Of a DNA stretch of 64,000 bases, positions 63,691-64,000 are shown piece after piece. Position 1 is the stretch's first letter. Every line of letters begins with the position of its first letter. The notes under the pieces are model-generated. The model saw only the letters and a list, made by a program, of their open reading frames with translations. It had not been told where the DNA came from and ran no database searches. Source of the stretch: a virus; IMG/VR virus record IMGVR_UViG_3300045988_095709, positions 32,001 through 96,000 of that record; one strand, given 5' to 3'. Made by a program: the position numbers and the translations under genes.

Positions 63691-64000
63691 GTAATCTATG
63701 CGAATCGCTTATCGTGTATTGAAAATCTATTTCAGGCACGGATTCAACTTCAAAATTATATTTGTTTTCAGAAGGATTCAATACGTATTTAGTAAAATTA
63801 ATATCCGATGTTCCCCAGAATTTTAATATAATTTCTGGTTTATAAATCATCGGATACACACTTTTTATCATGCGTTTTACTAAATGATCGACAGTTTGAA
63901 TCGCATAGATTGTATAGGATTTTCCATTTATCATGTATACTTTTGAACTTCTTAGATTTTTAAGCTTTAAGAATTTAAAGTATCTTTCCTGACTATCTAT
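63650..64000 (-). CDS. hypothetical protein, 3' part (start beyond window end)
   Basis: The minus-strand frame is open from position 64000 (IDSQERYFKFLKLKNLRSSKVYMINGK...). It ends at TAG (63650-63652) inside the terminator arm. No internal TAG in 116 codons. Confidence 0.55.
   Translation of the reverse strand: MDSQERYFKFLKLKNLRSSKVYMINGKSYTIYAIQTVDHLVKRMIKSVYPMIYKPEIILKFWGTSDINFTKYVLNPSENKYNFEVESVPEIDFQYTISDSHRLQKKEIIVPKKSEL

Noticed and set aside
1-64000. Lysogeny, defence or anti-defence loci (integrase, repressor, toxin-antitoxin, CRISPR-Cas).
   Set aside because: Nothing resembling these was readable in any frame. The only accessory candidates are the GT2 gene and the 28271 cassette, which are reported separately.

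Overview
This window is an AT-rich, tightly packed 64-kb stretch that reads as the late half of a crAss-like (Crassvirales-type) podophage genome. That assignment is an inference from gene content and order. Almost everything is on the + strand.

Under the standard code the ORF track looks shattered. However, every break inside the long same-frame runs is TAG. I walked the gaps codon by codon and found TAA/TGA only where the next gene's ATG follows within 0-12 nt. Reading TAG as Gln (a table-15-like code) gives this map:
- 5'-partial HNH endonuclease, a tRNA-like 3' half, dUTPase, tRNA-Met(CAU) and tRNA-Gly(UCC)
- a 1242-aa fibre, a small protein, TerL, portal, a scaffold-like protein and the MCP
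- head/neck proteins and a second codon-optimised structural protein
- a cluster of modular fibre genes, one with Hep_Hag repeats
- a GT2 glycosyltransferase and an orphan, strongly terminated Cys/Gln/Asn-rich cassette
- a lysis cassette: GH24 endolysin, holin and a spanin-like protein
- ring/muzzle-like and cargo-like tail proteins
- a 5,372-codon ORF (42150-58268) with about 104 in-frame TAG codons and no TAA/TGA. It carries a PD-(D/E)XK motif, an HExxH motif, the DFDID signature of crAss-type virion RNA polymerases and a C-terminal SLOG/DUF2493-like domain
- a 1,766-codon ORF, a bidirectional terminator and the 3' end of a minus-strand gene

Start regions are AT-rich with no Shine-Dalgarno, which fits a Bacteroidota host. 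No tRNA with a CUA anticodon is present in the window.

Functions rest on motifs I can read and on synteny recalled from the literature. No database search was possible.
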